Shown: positions 41,774 through 58,684, counted from the stretch's first letter. The stretch: DNA of 64,000 nucleotides from Octopus vulgaris (GCA_951406725.2 OX597822.1:62992001-63056000), one strand, 5' to 3'. The notes: a model not told the origin generated them from the sequence alone. Translations and numbers: made by a program.

Positions 41774-42274
41774 TAGATATTTATATCACTGTTACATTGT
41801 ATCAGAGTTAATGAGTCATTTTAAACATTTTAAAACTCGTAGACATCATTATTTTCTCTTTACATATATGGATGGCATTGATTCAAATATTTCATAATAG
41901 ATAGCACTATTAGGAAATAAATCTGAAGCAAATATGACAGTTTCTATGTGTTTGTTAGCTAGATTGCGACAATCTTAACACATTTAAAGTCATTTGTATA
42001 TCCAGTATAATTAGTGGGGACGAGGGCAGGCCTAGGGGTCAGGCTATTGCATTCACGATCGCGAGATCGTAGGCTCCATTTACAAACTGGGCGGCGCGTT
42101 GTGTTCTTGACCCAAAAATTTCATTTCAAGTTCCTTTTGATCAGTGAGGAATGTTGACCTGCTCGCCTAGCCAGCAGTGTGACGTCATTTGAATACTAAA
42201 ATGATGCAAAGCGCATTGTAGCCACCAGTGTGTAGCAACATCTGATCGTCTGGTTCGTCACGTGATTACGTGAT

Positions 42275-42418
<144 letters not shown>

Positions 42419-42469
42419 GATGTTTTAGTTTTAATATGACAGTTTGCATTAAAGGAAAAAAACATAATA

Positions 42470-43200
42470 TCCCATCCACAAATGGAAGTATGTTTACAAA
42501 ATTAAAGCATATCAATAAAATTATGACTAGAAGATAACGTTTTACTCAAAAAGTAGCCGCCCTCAGCTTTTACTGCAGCCTCAAGACAGCTCCGGAACAT
42601 GGTGCACGCGTTCCTCACTGTGTCCTTGGGAAGTTCTTCGAACGCCTTGGTCGTATCTGCTAGTACGGCATTGCTGTTGCAAACAGAGCGGTTGGTGTCT
42701 TTCTCAAGCACATCCTACACACAGTAATCCATGAGATTAAAATCGGGGAAATTAGAAGGCCAGAAATTGTGATTAGTGAAGTTGTAGAAATTGTCTGACA
42801 ATCACTTCTATCATTTTTGGAGGTGTAACAAGAAGCTGAATCCTGCTGCCACACATATGGCTATCGAGCAGCAGCTCTCTCTAACCAGAGTTTTACCACA
42901 GTCTCCAGTAACTTCACATATCCATCAGAATTAAGCTTAATGCTTTGTTCATCTGTTGTTGGATGAATTCCGGCGTACGGGTGCATTCCAAACGTCTGCT
43001 ATGTCCCTTCCTGCCGGCCATAGCTTCGTAGTCTCCGTTGCAGCTGTCCATGTCACGTTTTACAGCCTTTTCAGTGTTCATGGAATATGGAGCAATAGTC
43101 AGATCGGTTCCATTCCTCCATATCAGCCAACTTTTTTTCTCAACTACAACTTTAATTTTCATGTTCTGCAACGTGGTTGACTGTTCACCAATACATCAAT
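42470..43200 (-). mobile_element. Degraded Tc1/mariner-superfamily transposase fragment (maT/DD37D-like)
   Basis: Fragments WQQDSASC, a WPSNFPDFN-like motif, and DTVRNACTMFRSCLEAAVKAEGGYF. Confidence 0.75.
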
Positions 43201-43460
43201 TATGTAATGTTTGAATCAATATCATTAATATATGCAAAGAGATCTTCAAGTGCTTTAAAATGCTTAAAATTACTCATTAACACTGCTACGATGTAACTGT
43301 GATATATGTGTGGATGGGGTGTTGGTTAGCGCGCGCGCATGCGTGTGGATGTATGTATGCAATGAACTTATTTTACCATTCTCTCAAATTCACTTACAAA
43401 GAATTTGTCTGCCCGGGACTATAGTAGAAATCACTTGCCCAAAATGTCCCGCATTCTTAC

Positions 43461-43491
<31 letters not shown>

Positions 43492-43515
43492 TTTCTTTCT
43501 CTCTCCCTTTCTCTC

Positions 43516-43571
<56 letters not shown>

Positions 43572-43598
43572 CAATATGTTACATTACTCGGTAGTCAA

Positions 43599-43659
43599 GA
43601 TAAAACTCTGAGTTTCAGATGCCGAAGTGGAAATCCACAACACCATCTCTTCGGTTATC
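43599..43659 (-). ncRNA. Type I hammerhead-like motif (C4 variant)
   Basis: Minus strand reads GATAA-CCGAAGA-GATG...CATCT-GAAA-CTCAGAG-TT-TTATC; 5-bp helix I. Confidence 0.58.
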
Positions 43660-44121
43660 TGGCTATTTGAAAACGCTATGAAAAAATACCGTTATATAAA
43701 GGGAAATTACTCTGTTATAACTCTGCTTGCCTGCGTACTTATACATCGCTCGCATTTTTCGTCATAAAAATTATATAAAAGTACATAAAAAATATATAAA
43801 AAATATATAAAAATATATAAATTCTTCTTGGGACATAACATAGAAAAGCATGTTCTATCTGTTTTCTTTAGGGGACCAAAAACGTAACAGAAACTTAGCA
43901 GAAATGTCCCCTAAAGAAAACAGATAGAACATGCTTTCTATGTTATGTCCCAAGAAGAATTTATATATTTTTATATATTTTTTATATATTTTTTATGTAT
44001 TTTTATATAATTTTTATGACGAAAAATGCGAGCGATGTATAAGTACGCAGGCAAGCAGAGTTATAACAGAGTAATTTCCCTTTATATAACGGTATTTTTT
44101 CATAGCGTTTTCAAATAGCCA

Positions 44122-44180
44122 GATAACCGAAGAGATGGTGTTGTGGATTTCCACTTCGGCATCTGAAACTCAGTTTTATC
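44122..44180 (+). ncRNA. Type I hammerhead-like motif, mirror of 43599-43659 with a helix III 2 nt shorter
   Basis: GATAA-CCGAAGA-GATG...CATCT-GAAA-CTCAG-TT-TTATC. Confidence 0.52.
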
Positions 44181-44277
44181 TTGACTACCAAGTAATGTAA
44201 CATATTGTATAGATAAATTTCCTCTATTTACATAATATTGAGGTCTCTTTCTTTCTTTTGTTATCTTACCGTTTTAT

Positions 44278-44340
<63 letters not shown>

Positions 44341-44341
<1 letters not shown>

Positions 44342-44735
44342 CCGTAGGAGTGTGTGATAAGTAGCTTGCTAACGAACCACATGGTTCCAGGTTCAGTGCC
44401 ACTGCATGGCACCTTGGGCAAGTATCTTCTACTATAGACTCGGGCCGACCAAAGCCTTGTGAGTGGATTTGGTAGAAGAATCTGAAAGAAGCCTGTCGTA
44501 TATATGTGTGTGTATTTGTGTGTGTGTTTGTGTTTGTGTGTGTGTGTGTTTGTATGTGTGTGTGTTTGTTTGTCCGTGTTTGTCCCCCCCAACATCACTT
44601 GACAACCGATGCTGGTGTGTTTACATCCCCGTACCTTAGCGGTTCGGCAAAAGAGACCGATAGAATAAGTACTAGGCTTACAAAGAGTAATTCCTGGGGT
44701 GGATTTGGTCGACTAGAGGCGGTGCTCCAAAAGAG
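44341..44735 (+). mobile_element. SINE family A
   Basis: Match to family A. Confidence 0.88.
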
Positions 44736-45004
44736 TATATATTATATCGTTTCTTAACTACTCAGACAAAGAGCAAATGCTGGCACCTATAGCATGTTTA
44801 CAGAAGATGTACTTAGGTATTTTATATACTATATATGTAATGCACGGTTTACTTTAATAACCGCTAGATATTTACCACTATGCACATATCTCACAATCGG
44901 CCTCATGTACTTTTCCACGATTAATAAGCAAATTTAAATGTAAAGGTTGGAATTCAGTTCAGGCAGCATAAATTACAAATGCAAATGATAAAATTAAATG
45001 TATT

Positions 45005-45006
45005 CG

Positions 45007-45055
<49 letters not shown>

Positions 45056-45105
45056 TACATATATATATATATATAATTATGTATATATATATATATATAT
45101 ATAAT

Positions 45106-45152
<47 letters not shown>

Positions 45153-45168
45153 CATATCTATATATATA

Positions 45169-45213
<45 letters not shown>

Positions 45214-45245
45214 ATATGTATATATATATATAAATATATATAATC

Positions 45246-45300
<55 letters not shown>

Positions 45301-45368
45301 TGTATATATATATATATATATATATATCTATATATATATATATATATATATTTATTTATTTATATATA

Positions 45369-45430
<62 letters not shown>
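45005..45430. repeat. Long degenerate (TA)n tract, representative of dozens of (TA)n, (TG)n, (AAT)n, (GATA)n and (TATG)n microsatellites across the window
   Basis: Directly visible in the sequence. Confidence 0.98.
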
Positions 45431-45767
45431 ACTGAATATTAATTTTGAATTATAATTTTCATGAGATACCTAACATATATTTACATACTATAATTACTTT
45501 TGTTCCCCAAAGAAAAAGCAAAACGGAGAATCAGTCTTTAGTCGAGATAAAAAAAAAAATGAGGAAATTGGAAAGTATTAACAATAGAAACGAAAGAAAT
45601 CGCATTTCCAATCAGATTTTAATCGCCGATTATGTTTATCACTATTGTGGCTATCGCTCGAAGATGCTATATGATCAGGTGTTAAAATAATTGTACAGCG
45701 TATCAGATATTACTTACACCGGAAACCGGCAGAACATCATCAGCATGAGAGATGATTTCACATTCGA

Positions 45768-45798
<31 letters not shown>

Positions 45799-45800
<2 letters not shown>

Positions 45801-45993
45801 CGAGGGAATGCTGAAATGTTCCTGGATATCACGAGGCCCAAACTTCCTAGTCCTTTTGCAGGCTTAGAGGAACTGAGGGACCGCTGCAATAAGTGTATGA
45901 ATCCGAGAGGGGAATATGTTGAATAAAATTATAATTAACTGATCCACCTATATTTTCTTTTACCCAAAATCAGGAACTTTTCAACACCCCTTC

Positions 45994-45995
<2 letters not shown>
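45799..45995. mobile_element. Mariner-derived MITE
   Basis: TACGAGGGAATGCTGAAATGTTCCTGG ... CAGGAACTTTTCAACACCCC; retains the transposase 3' end-like GGGGAATATGTTGAATAA. Confidence 0.65.
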
Positions 45996-46051
<56 letters not shown>

Positions 46052-46280
46052 GTGTGTTTCCTCGTTCGGTACGTTATTAAACGTATACATACCTCTATAT
46101 ATATATATACATGTGACGACTGATATACTCCCATATATTATATACATATATATATATAATAGTTATGTATATGTGTGTGTGTGTGTGTGTTTACACTTGA
46201 ACATTGGGGTCGATGTTTTATTTGACTGGCTCCCTCTCCTCAAATTTCAGGCCTTGTATCTATAGTAGAAAAGGTTTTTT

Positions 46281-46359
<79 letters not shown>

Positions 46360-46369
46360 CATTGTCATT

Positions 46370-48056
<1,687 letters not shown>

Positions 48057-48246
48057 GTGATATATACACTCGTGATTTATATTTCTCCTGTTTGTTCCAC
48101 AAAACCTACACACACACACACACACACACACATACACATATGTATATGTATGTGTTGATGTGTGCTTCTGCATGTGTACAAATACATATCCGTATATTTG
48201 TACGCGTGTTGCTGTTTGTGCGTGTGTATGTGTTTGTGTGTTTGTA

Positions 48247-48283
<37 letters not shown>

Positions 48284-48809
48284 TTGTGCGTGTGTATGTG
48301 CTTGTGCATGTGTGTATATGTGCGCGCATTCGATTGCGTTTATGTACTTATGCCTTAAAAACCTCGGGCGATTGCATTTATGTACTTATGCCTTAAAAAC
48401 CTCGGGCAAAACTGCCCAGGTTTTAAATTGTCGAAATTAATCACTGAATAAATCTTGCCTGAGGATAGTATGTTTGTACAGGTTTCTAAACTTAAGTCAG
48501 CTATATGTATGCATGTACACGTGCCTATGTATGTATATGTGTCCGTGCATACATAACTACGCATGTTTTAAAATAACGAATCGGTTCTTTATCAATGTAT
48601 TTCAATAGCGTATTATTTCTAACACATAGACATATACTGTAAAATTTAAGTGCGTGTGTGTATGTGTGTGTTGATATACACCAACTCCACTCTCGTACTT
48701 GTAGAGAGTGCAAAAATGTACACTTATAATTTACATTCGAATAATTGCTGTGTATATTCCCTAATACAAACGTTGACATACGCAAATACGCACACACATA
48801 CATATACAT

Positions 48810-48897
<88 letters not shown>

Positions 48898-48947
48898 ATA
48901 TACGTGTGTGAGTGTATGTATATACATGTGTGTGTATACATACATAC

Positions 48948-48997
<50 letters not shown>

Positions 48998-49251
48998 GCC
49001 TCTGTTAAAATAAATATTTGTATTCGATGTCAAAACATACCTTAAGATCTGTATTTGTGCACATTTTCACAGTTCCTACAGAATATATATATATCTTGAC
49101 ACGAATGAAATCTGTATATTTATAAAATCTGTAAGTGTAATAGCATATTCCAATATATAGAAACGAAGCGCTCGGAGAAATAGTATCTTATCAACATTTA
49201 GACACACAAACAAGCGCACGCGCACCTACATATACATACATACGCGCGCGC

Positions 49252-49337
<86 letters not shown>

Positions 49338-49424
49338 GCATGCATGTATACATACATACATACATTCATACGTGCATGCATACATACATACATACATACA
49401 TACATACATACATACATACATACA

Positions 49425-49458
<34 letters not shown>

Positions 49459-49499
49459 GAAATACATATATATGTGATATACAGTTTTATCCTTTCCTT

Positions 49500-49778
49500 T
49501 ATAGGCACAAGGCCAGCAGTTTTAGGGAAGGGGCTAAGTCGATTACTACGACTCCAGGACTTATTCTTTGCAAGTCTAATACTTATTCTATCGGTCTTTT
49601 GCCGAACCGCTAAGTTACGGGGACGTAAACACACCAGCATCGGTGGTCAAGCGATGTTGGGGGTCAAACACAGATACACAAACATATACATACACACATA
49701 CACACATACACACACGCACACACGCACACACACACACACACACATATATATATGTATATATATATATATATATACGAC

Positions 49779-49809
<31 letters not shown>

Positions 49810-50205
49810 CGACAGGCATCTTTCAGTTTCCATCTACCAAATTCATTCACAAGGCTTTGGTCGGCCCGAGGCTATACTAGAAGACATTTGCCCAAGGTGC
49901 CATGCAATGGGGCTGAACCCGAAACCATGTGGTTCGTAAGCAAGCTACGTACCACACAGCCACTCCTACGCTTAAATATTATTTTACTCTTTTGCTTGTT
50001 TCAGTCATTTGACTGCGGCTATGCTGGAGCACCACTTTGAAGGATTTTCGTCGAACAAATCTACCCCAGGGCTTTTTTGCTTTTAAGCCTAGTACTTATT
50101 CTATCGGTTACTTTTTAAGAAGTGCTAAGTTACGGGAACGTAAACACACTGACACCGGTTGCCAAGCAGCGGGGAGCGACAGACACAGACGCAAAAGATA
50201 TACAC

Positions 50206-50261
<56 letters not shown>

Positions 50262-50450
50262 AGGCTTTCACTTTATACATACCAGCCATGATCTTTCTTT
50301 CTTGGCCTGACTGCCGACCGCCAACACTCCTTATATCCATCTCCTATGTTCCTGGATATGGTCTCTCATATTGCCTATATTTAAGTAGAACTGACGGTCC
50401 TCGGGCGGTTTTTATGTATGCTGACCACTGGTTGAAAGTGATATTATTTA

Positions 50451-50489
<39 letters not shown>

Positions 50490-50655
50490 GTACACACGAC
50501 TAGCTTCTTGCAGCTCCGTCTACCAAATCCACTCATAAGGCTTTGGTCGGCCCCAGACTACAGTAGAAGACACCTGCCGAAGGTGCTACGCAATGGGACT
50601 GAACCCAGAACCATGTGGTTGGAAAGCAAGCTTCATACCACAAAGCCACGCCTCA
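49500..50655 (-). mobile_element. Two SINE family A copies (49500-49972; 49985-50655, interrupted in its microsatellite)
   Basis: Reverse-complement matches to family A. Confidence 0.8.
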
Positions 50656-50925
50656 GAAAATTATTAAAGAGATGCATATGAAAATAGTACAATTTATGGA
50701 GCAAAATATTCAGGCATCTCAATTAGTAGTCACTGTACACGCATAGATTAAGTGTGTGTATCTATATGAGTGTATTTATCTGTGTTTCTATGTGTTTGTG
50801 TGTGCGTAGGCAAGCGCGTATGCCGGTGTTCAATATAATGTTCACCACTGTGCGAAAAGAAAAACAAAATTGTGAGAGAGTTCAATATTATTTTGAAGTG
50901 AACTTGTGAGTATCAAACGTTAATA

Positions 50926-51364
50926 GGCGTAGGAGTGGCTGTGTGGTAAGTAGCTTGCTTACGAACCATATGGTTTCGGGTTCAGTCCCACTGCGTGACA
51001 CCTTGGGCAAGTGTCTTCTTCTATAGCCTCGGGCCGACCAAAGCCTTGTGAGTGGATTTAGTAGATGGGAAACTGAAAGAAGCCCGTCGTATATATGTAT
51101 ATGTATGTGTGTGTGTGCGTGCGTGTGTGTGTGGGCGTACGTATGTATGTTTGTGTGTCTGTGTTTGTCCCCCCAACATCGCTTGAAAACCGATGCTGGT
51201 GTGTTTACGACCCCGTCACCTAGCGGTTCGGCAAAAGAGACCGATAGAATAAGTACTAGGCTTACAAAGAATAAATCCTGGGGTCGATTTGCTCGATCGA
51301 GTAAAGGCGGTGCTCCAGCATGGCCACAGTCAAATGACTGAAACAAGTAAAAGAGTAAAAGAGT
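50926..51364 (+). mobile_element. SINE family A
   Basis: Full-length match. Confidence 0.9.
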
Positions 51365-51438
51365 ATATTAGTTAACCATCCATTACTCTCAGTTTCATCA
51401 GCGCAAATTTTTCCGAATGGTAACAGGAAGATTATAAA

Positions 51439-51532
<94 letters not shown>

Positions 51533-51946
51533 TGTGTCTGTGTCTGTGTCTGTGTTATCATATTTCAGAATGGTGACATGTTGGTATGCACACAGAGATC
51601 AAGAAGTTGAGAGTATTTACTGCATTTTTCTAAAGTGGTACTTCTCACAGAGGTCATCAATGAATTTATATTTGACGATATAGGCGTAGGTGTGGTAAGA
51701 AGATTCCTTCCCAACCACGTGGTTCTGGGTTCAGTCTCACTGCGTGTCACCCTGGGCACCTGTCTTCTGCTATGGCCTTGCGCCGACCAAAGAATTGTGA
51801 GTGGATTTCGTAGACGGAAACTGAAAGAAGCCAGTCATATATATGTGTGTGTGCGTGTATATATATATATAAAATGTGACCGCGTGTGTACCGTTCGCGA
51901 TTTTTTTTCCTCTGTCTTCCCTTCTCTGGATCTCTCCTTCTCCTAT

Positions 51947-51981
51947 GTTTCCGACGAAGAGCTCCGCTCGAAACGTTAAAC
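51947..51981 (+). ncRNA. Minimal type I hammerhead motif (C4 variant)
   Basis: GTTT-CCGACGA-A-GAGC-TCC-GCTC-GAAA-CG-TT-AAAC; helix III is reduced to the palindrome ACGT. Confidence 0.62.
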
Positions 51982-52077
51982 CCTCCTTCTTTCCTTCTTT
52001 CCTGAGCGTCCAATAATAATATATTTGTTCCACGTCCTCGCGTTGTTGTGTTTTTTTTTGTACTTTCTTGTTTGGAT

Positions 52078-52161
<84 letters not shown>

Positions 52162-52920
52162 TATACATATATATATATATACATATATATGACGGGCTTC
52201 TTTCGATAGATATATATAAAATACAAAATATATACATATATATATATACACATATAAATATATATATGTGTATATACACATATATGACAGGCTTCTTCTA
52301 TATATAAATTTAAAAAATGGCGCAAGAACGCAAAACATCAGGATAGTTAGGTGATATAAAAAGGGACAACAAAACATTCAAACAGACGATACAATGAAAA
52401 CAAGGACGGGAGAAAACAAAGAAATGTTACACAAATACAAATGCAATTAACAGGACATAACAACAGGTATCTTTCGACTAAGGACGAATTAAATTAAGCT
52501 GGCGTGTGTGGAAGTGAAGCTTTATGGCAGGAACATAAGATTTAACAGGCACTGGGAGGAATATAGATGTTGCACGGATGGTAGTCGAACCAAGAAAGAA
52601 AAGTCAGGCCTGGCCGAACACCGGTCACGCGGAGAGAGAAGAGAGAGGGGTAGTGACAGAGGGATAGAAGAATTAAGGAGAGGCGAGAAAAAATGAAAGA
52701 GACACGGTGAAGTGAAATAGGAGGGAAAGTGAGCATGAAGAGAAGGCCAGGAAATGTGAGAGAGGGGAAACGAAAGAACGAAGAGTGGAATGAACGAAGT
52801 GTCAAAGGGCAGATAGAAAGAAGGAAAGAACGAAAGAATACAAAGAATAATAGAGTCGTATAAAATTTATATATATATATACTTATATATAAGAGACCAA
52901 AGTGTACGTACGCCGCTATA

Positions 52921-53433
52921 TCTATATATATAAAACTGTAGTTGTGTGAGTGTCTGTCCCCTTCGATTTAGATTCCTAACTACTCCCACATTTTGCGGTG
53001 CAGTTTAACCAAATTCGGGTATCTTATAGTCGTGATTCATATCGAGCCCGTCTGGCTATTAGCGCGCGTCTACGATGAGTCTACGATTTTAAAAATAATT
53101 TAACATCATTTTTTATTCCATTTTAATGCATAATTTTTCGTGTGTCGATGGCGGCGGAGTTGGCGTCCATGGTCACACCTGCACCTGTTTGCTTCTCCCC
53201 CTTCTTCCCTCCCTCGTGAAGCTGTGGGGAAGGGAGTTTAAGGAAATCAACGTCGTAATGCGTTGTCAAGGAGACCAGCGTTCTTTTAGAACAACGACTT
53301 CATGGCTTGAAGACACCAAAAGAGAAATGGCTAAGAAAGCCCGAATTGGCATCTATAAGGGAAGTAACTCTCTAAAAATGCTTATATAGTTATTTCCCTT
53401 ACAAACCCGAGCAACGCCGGGCGATACTGCTAG
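52921..53433 (+). mobile_element. Non-autonomous Helitron
   Basis: 5' TC after an A; 3' hairpin CCCGAGCAACGCCGGG followed by CTAG then T; no TSD. Confidence 0.85.
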
Positions 53434-53503
53434 TTTTATATATAGAAAATACAAAAATGGGACAAGGACGCAAAACATCCAGACAATACATATATACATA
53501 CAT

Positions 53504-53679
<176 letters not shown>

Positions 53680-53981
53680 AAACACATGGACACACGAATA
53701 CGCACACACACATAGATATATAGTTGAAATAACACAAATGGAACGAGGAAGATAAGAGAGACAAACATATGAAGCAGTATGAGAGATTACAATAGGTAGA
53801 GAAGTATTCGAAAAGAAATCGACTAAACGTAAATACACAAAAAATAACAATAAAAGTTTGTGCAGAATGAGTTGTACGCCGGGAAAAGGAAAGGATGATA
53901 GAAAGAAGTAAGAAAAGAAACGATAGCTGTTTAGAGCATGTGTGTATCCTTGTGCTACAGGCACATGAATGTAATTGACAT

Positions 53982-54048
<67 letters not shown>

Positions 54049-54139
54049 AATCCAAACGGGAAAACAGAAAAAACAACAACACGTGGAACAATTACAGTAT
54101 TATTATTAATAGGCGCTCAGGAAAGATGGAAGCAGGAAG

Positions 54140-54174
54140 GTATGACGTTTCGAGCGGAGCTCTTCGTCGGAAAC
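54140..54174 (-). ncRNA. Minimal type I hammerhead motif, same family as 51947
   Basis: Minus strand reads GTTT-CCGACGA-AGAGCTCCGCTC-GAAA-CG-TC-ATAC; GUC site. Confidence 0.62.
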
Positions 54175-54254
54175 ATAAAGATGGAAGAGAGAGGAAAGAA
54201 AGATCCCGAGGTGGGCAAACAGAGGGAGAAAAAAGCGACTGGTGTTTACGAAGT

Positions 54255-54307
<53 letters not shown>

Positions 54308-56074
54308 GTGTGTGTGTGTGTGTGTGTACATACATATAACTAACATGTAATATTTAAGTAATTTATGTATATACATAATTTAAATATGTGTGTAATTTAT
54401 GTGTTGGTGTGATTTATGTGCCTGTGTGCACAATCACTCACAAATAATTGACACGTAATATATAAATTCGTAACTTATATACACATATAATTTATGTGTA
54501 TCTCTGTGTGTGTGTGCGCGCGTGTGTGTGTGCGCGCGTGTGTGCGTGCGCGCGCGTATGTACAAGCGTATATGTGTTAATCCTTAAATCAAAACGTTCG
54601 TCGCAGCATGGTGCTATTCCATTTGAAATTCTAAGAGAGCAGATTTTATTTCAATGTGAAACTTCACATCTTCAAAGTGAGAATAACGATTTCAAAGTGT
54701 AACTGTCACTTCAAAGTGAAGTTAACGATTTTAAACTGAGATTAACTCAAAATGATTTATTTCAAAGAAAATAAAACATTAAAATATCGTGACATCATTT
54801 ATAATGCGACATCATTTATAATGTGAATTGGCTTGTTAACCATATATTTTCGTCAACCAAGCAACGAAGCTAAAAATTCCATTATATTGGTGTAATACCA
54901 ACCAGTCTTTTTGAAAAGTTCCAAAGTTTTTTTTTCTTTCTTGGATACATCTCAAGGAGGCTATAGACTACAACAGGGATGCGTCTAGGGTCTTAGAGAA
55001 TTTTAGATGTTACACCCTCAGTCCCGCCATCACCACACATCCAGCTGAGGTTGATCAAATCCAAAGCTGTATCCTCGTGACAGCAAACCACTGGTCTTTT
55101 CTCTTTATCCAAAACCGCCTAGGGGCCTTCTCTGCTGCTTTGCTGAGCCAGTAACTCCAAGCTTTGTAGAGTAAATGCCACACAAAACTCAAGCAGCCTA
55201 CTTGATATGGCTCGCAACAAGCCTGCCAGCTTGACTTGTGGCATTGAACGGTACTTTTACATGAATATCTAACATGGAAAGTTTCTCTTATAGTTTTATT
55301 TTATACGTGATAACCATTTCTCTTTGGCACTGATGAACATACGCATCAAACAACAGTTATGAATATCTAGAATGGAAACTTACGTCCCATGTGAACGTGT
55401 GTTTGATCAAATATGCAAATATATTCATAGCTTTGAAAAGGTTCCCTAAATAGCAAAAAAGTTTTCAAACTTTGCCTTATGTTTGTGATCATGAAATTAT
55501 GTCAGAACCAATTCTTTCATGTTTAACACAGAAGCCATGATATTAAGATTTTTACTGCGCATTCTTGCATAACGCAAAGGATCATCCACATGTGCAAGAA
55601 GTGTGAAACTTAAGGCTACACTCACCCAAAATAAATTCGCTGATTTTCAGCAAGAATAGCAATTGCTAAATACCAAATTGAAACTAGATCGATTTCCATT
55701 CTAAGTCACAATAACTAGTTTTCTTTTTGTTGTCGGCATTTTACCTAGGATTTATAAAATGCAGTTATCATACACAAGTGGGTTTTATAGGAAATCCAAT
55801 CTCATGTCCTCATTTAGTTCCCGCAAAATGGTTGTTGGGTTATACCTCTTATTTCCCAGTCCTTATGTAATCTAAAATATATACTATTTTCAGTTTATAT
55901 GGATTGAACAAGATCCTTGTATCTTCCTCACGAGGATCCTTGTATCCTCCTTGTATCTATGGACCCAGCGACTCTTTTGTTGAGACTTCCACTTTAATGC
56001 TGCTTTTTCTTTTTTCTATAGATTTATTCCTATGTTGAACGCTCTGCGAGTTTATTGACAATACTTTTATTCTT

Positions 56075-56490
56075 TTATTCTTTTATTCTTTTTCTTGTTT
56101 CAGTCATGAGACTGTGGCCATGCTGGAGCACCGCTTTTAGTCGACCAAATCGACCCCCAAGACTTATGCTTTGTAAGCCTAGCACTGATTCTATCGGTCT
56201 CTTTTGCCGAACCTCTAAGTTACGGAGATGTAAACATACCAGCATTGGTTGTCAAGCGATGTTGGGTGGGGGTACAAACACAGACACACAAACACATACA
56301 CACACATACATATATATATATACATATATACGACGAACTTCTTTCAGTTTCCGACTACCAAATCCACTCACAAGGCTGTGGTCGGTCCGAGGCTATAGTA
56401 GAAGACACTTGCCCAAGGTGCCACATAGTGGGACTGAACCCGGAACCATATGTGGTTCGTAAGCAAGCTACTTACCACAGAGCCACTCCT
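56075..56490 (-). mobile_element. SINE family A
   Basis: Reverse-complement full-length match. Confidence 0.88.
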
Positions 56491-57659
56491 TTAGCTCGTT
56501 GAAACACTTATTGCTGTACGTTTGTCTGTTTCAGTTGATTTTTAATTCATGCCTATAGGACCGACAGTTAAGTTCATCGACAGTAAGGCAGATTCGTCTT
56601 TTTAGTCTACTTGATGAGGTGATTACGCAACTAAACAATTTCTTAACGACAAGAAAAAAATTGTAAATGTTCTAATGAGTTCAGTCATATTTTATTCAAT
56701 ATGGTATATTGATTTATTCTTTCAGTGTTTTTCCTTCACTAGAGACTTTTGTTGCAGTCACCGTAATTGTTTGTAAATTTTCATTGTCAGTCACACTTCG
56801 ATTAAGATAATTAAGATATATTATGTTGCGTTCACACACATATATACCGTATGTCTGTCTGTATGCTTGTGCGTGCGTGCTTGTATGAATGAACGCGTGT
56901 ACGTTTGTGTTGTGTTGTGTGTGTGTTCCCCCAATAAAAAAATTCTGTCGGTATATTTGGTATTTTTGGTATTCTTCACTTCCTTTCTAGACACTTATTT
57001 CTTGGCGACATATAAAAATGACCTCTACGTTCCTTTGTTCGCTTCTGGTCAATTTGTATACCTGTCACTCGCGATGTCCACAACTGTTATGCATTGTGTG
57101 GCTAAACAACGAATTGTATTTAACCACATAACTTCTTTATGTGGCCCAGCCGAGAAGCTATAACATGTAGCTGGTGCTATAATTTTATGTCATAGCATTA
57201 ACTACGTTCTGAGTATATTCTCGTTGATTACGTCTCGCTCTTAAATGAGATAAAATTTTTATTACTATGTCGTTAGGTCTTCGCAACTTATATACCCCAT
57301 TTCCCAGTAGGATATTCTGAAAGTAATTTTCACTACCCTTCTAGACAATTATATATTCCTAGTATTATATAAAGTGACTGTGAAGGCGCGTGGTTCAGTG
57401 GTTAGGGCATTCGGTTCCCGATCATAAGGTTGTGAGTTCGATTCCCGGCTGTGAGTTGTGTCCTTGAGCAAGCCACTTTATTTCACGTTACTCCAGTCCT
57501 ATCATCTAGCAAAAAGTAAATTGTACCTGTATTTCAAAAGGTTCAGTCTTGTTACACTCTGTATTACGCTGAATCTTCTTGTAAACTACGTTAACGGGTA
57601 CACACGTCTGTGGAGAGCTCAACCACTTACATGGTAATTTGACGAGCTGGCTGCCAAAT

Positions 57660-58050
57660 AACCTCAAGGAGGAAATAATATGCCCACTCCATAAATGAAG
57701 AAGCAGAGCAGATGCCAAAATTTATAGGCCTATCTCTCTGACTTCACATATCAGCAAAGTCATGGAACGAATAGTGCATTCCTTGAAAAAACTACTTCCT
57801 TGCTGATACCCAGCATGGTTTTCGACCAGGTAGGAGCTGCCTGACCCATCTCCTACAGCACTACGACTGGGTGTTGAGGCAGTTACTCAAATGTGGACGT
57901 AACATACCTTGACTTTGCAAAACCTTTTGATAAAGTGGATCATGGTACGATATGCCAAAACTGCGTGATCTCGGCATAGCTGGAAAACTTGGAGAGTGGT
58001 TACATGACTTTCTGAAAGATAGAAGTCAAGCAGTGGTGGCCAATGCAGCC
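57660..58050 (+). mobile_element. CR1/Jockey-group LINE RT fragment
   Basis: Read by eye across frameshifts: YRPISLTSHISKVMERIV, QHGFRPGRSCLTHLL, YLDFAKPFDKVDH. Confidence 0.85.
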
Positions 58051-58137
58051 TCGGGAAATTGTTTTACTACTATAGCCTCGGGCCGACCAAAGCCATGTGA
58101 GTGGATTTGGTAGACGGAAACTGCAAGAAGCCCGTCG

Positions 58138-58216
<79 letters not shown>

Positions 58217-58640
58217 GTTTATGTATGTGTGTGTGTCTGTGTGTGTACCTGCGTTTGTCCTCCCACCCTCACTTGAGAACAGATGTTGGTGTGTTTCAGC
58301 AAAAGAGACCGATAGTATAAGTACCAGACTTACAAAGAATTAGTCCTGGGGTAGATTTGCTTAACTAAAAGTGGTGCTCCAGCATGGTCGCAGTCACATG
58401 ACTGAAAGAAAGAATAATATATATATTCTTTTATTCTTTTACTTGTTTTACTGTGGCCATGCTGGAGCATCCCTTTTAGTTAAGCAAATCGACGCCAGGA
58501 CTAAATCTTTGTAAGTCTAGTACTTATTTTATCCGTCTCTTTTGCTGAACCACTAAATTTCGAGGACGTAAACATACCAGTATCGGTTGTCAAGCAATAT
58601 TGGGGGGGGGGGCAACAAACACACACACACATCCAAGCAT

Positions 58641-58684
<44 letters not shown>

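Larger units (their letters stand above)
43570..44209. repeat. Foldback, ~305-bp arms, 29-nt spacer
   Basis: GGGGAC (43871-76) / GTCCCC (43906-11) flank the spacer; few mismatches; flanked by (TA)n. Confidence 0.97.

Noticed and set aside
51569-51683. Possible next GPCR exon after TTTCAG (NG..WYAH-like words)
   Set aside because: Phase-1 joining gives E-W-stop, and the other frames lack the expected Cys/Trp spacing.
54700-55900. Repeat-poor stretch that may be a decayed transposase
   Set aside because: No motif could be read confidently in any frame.
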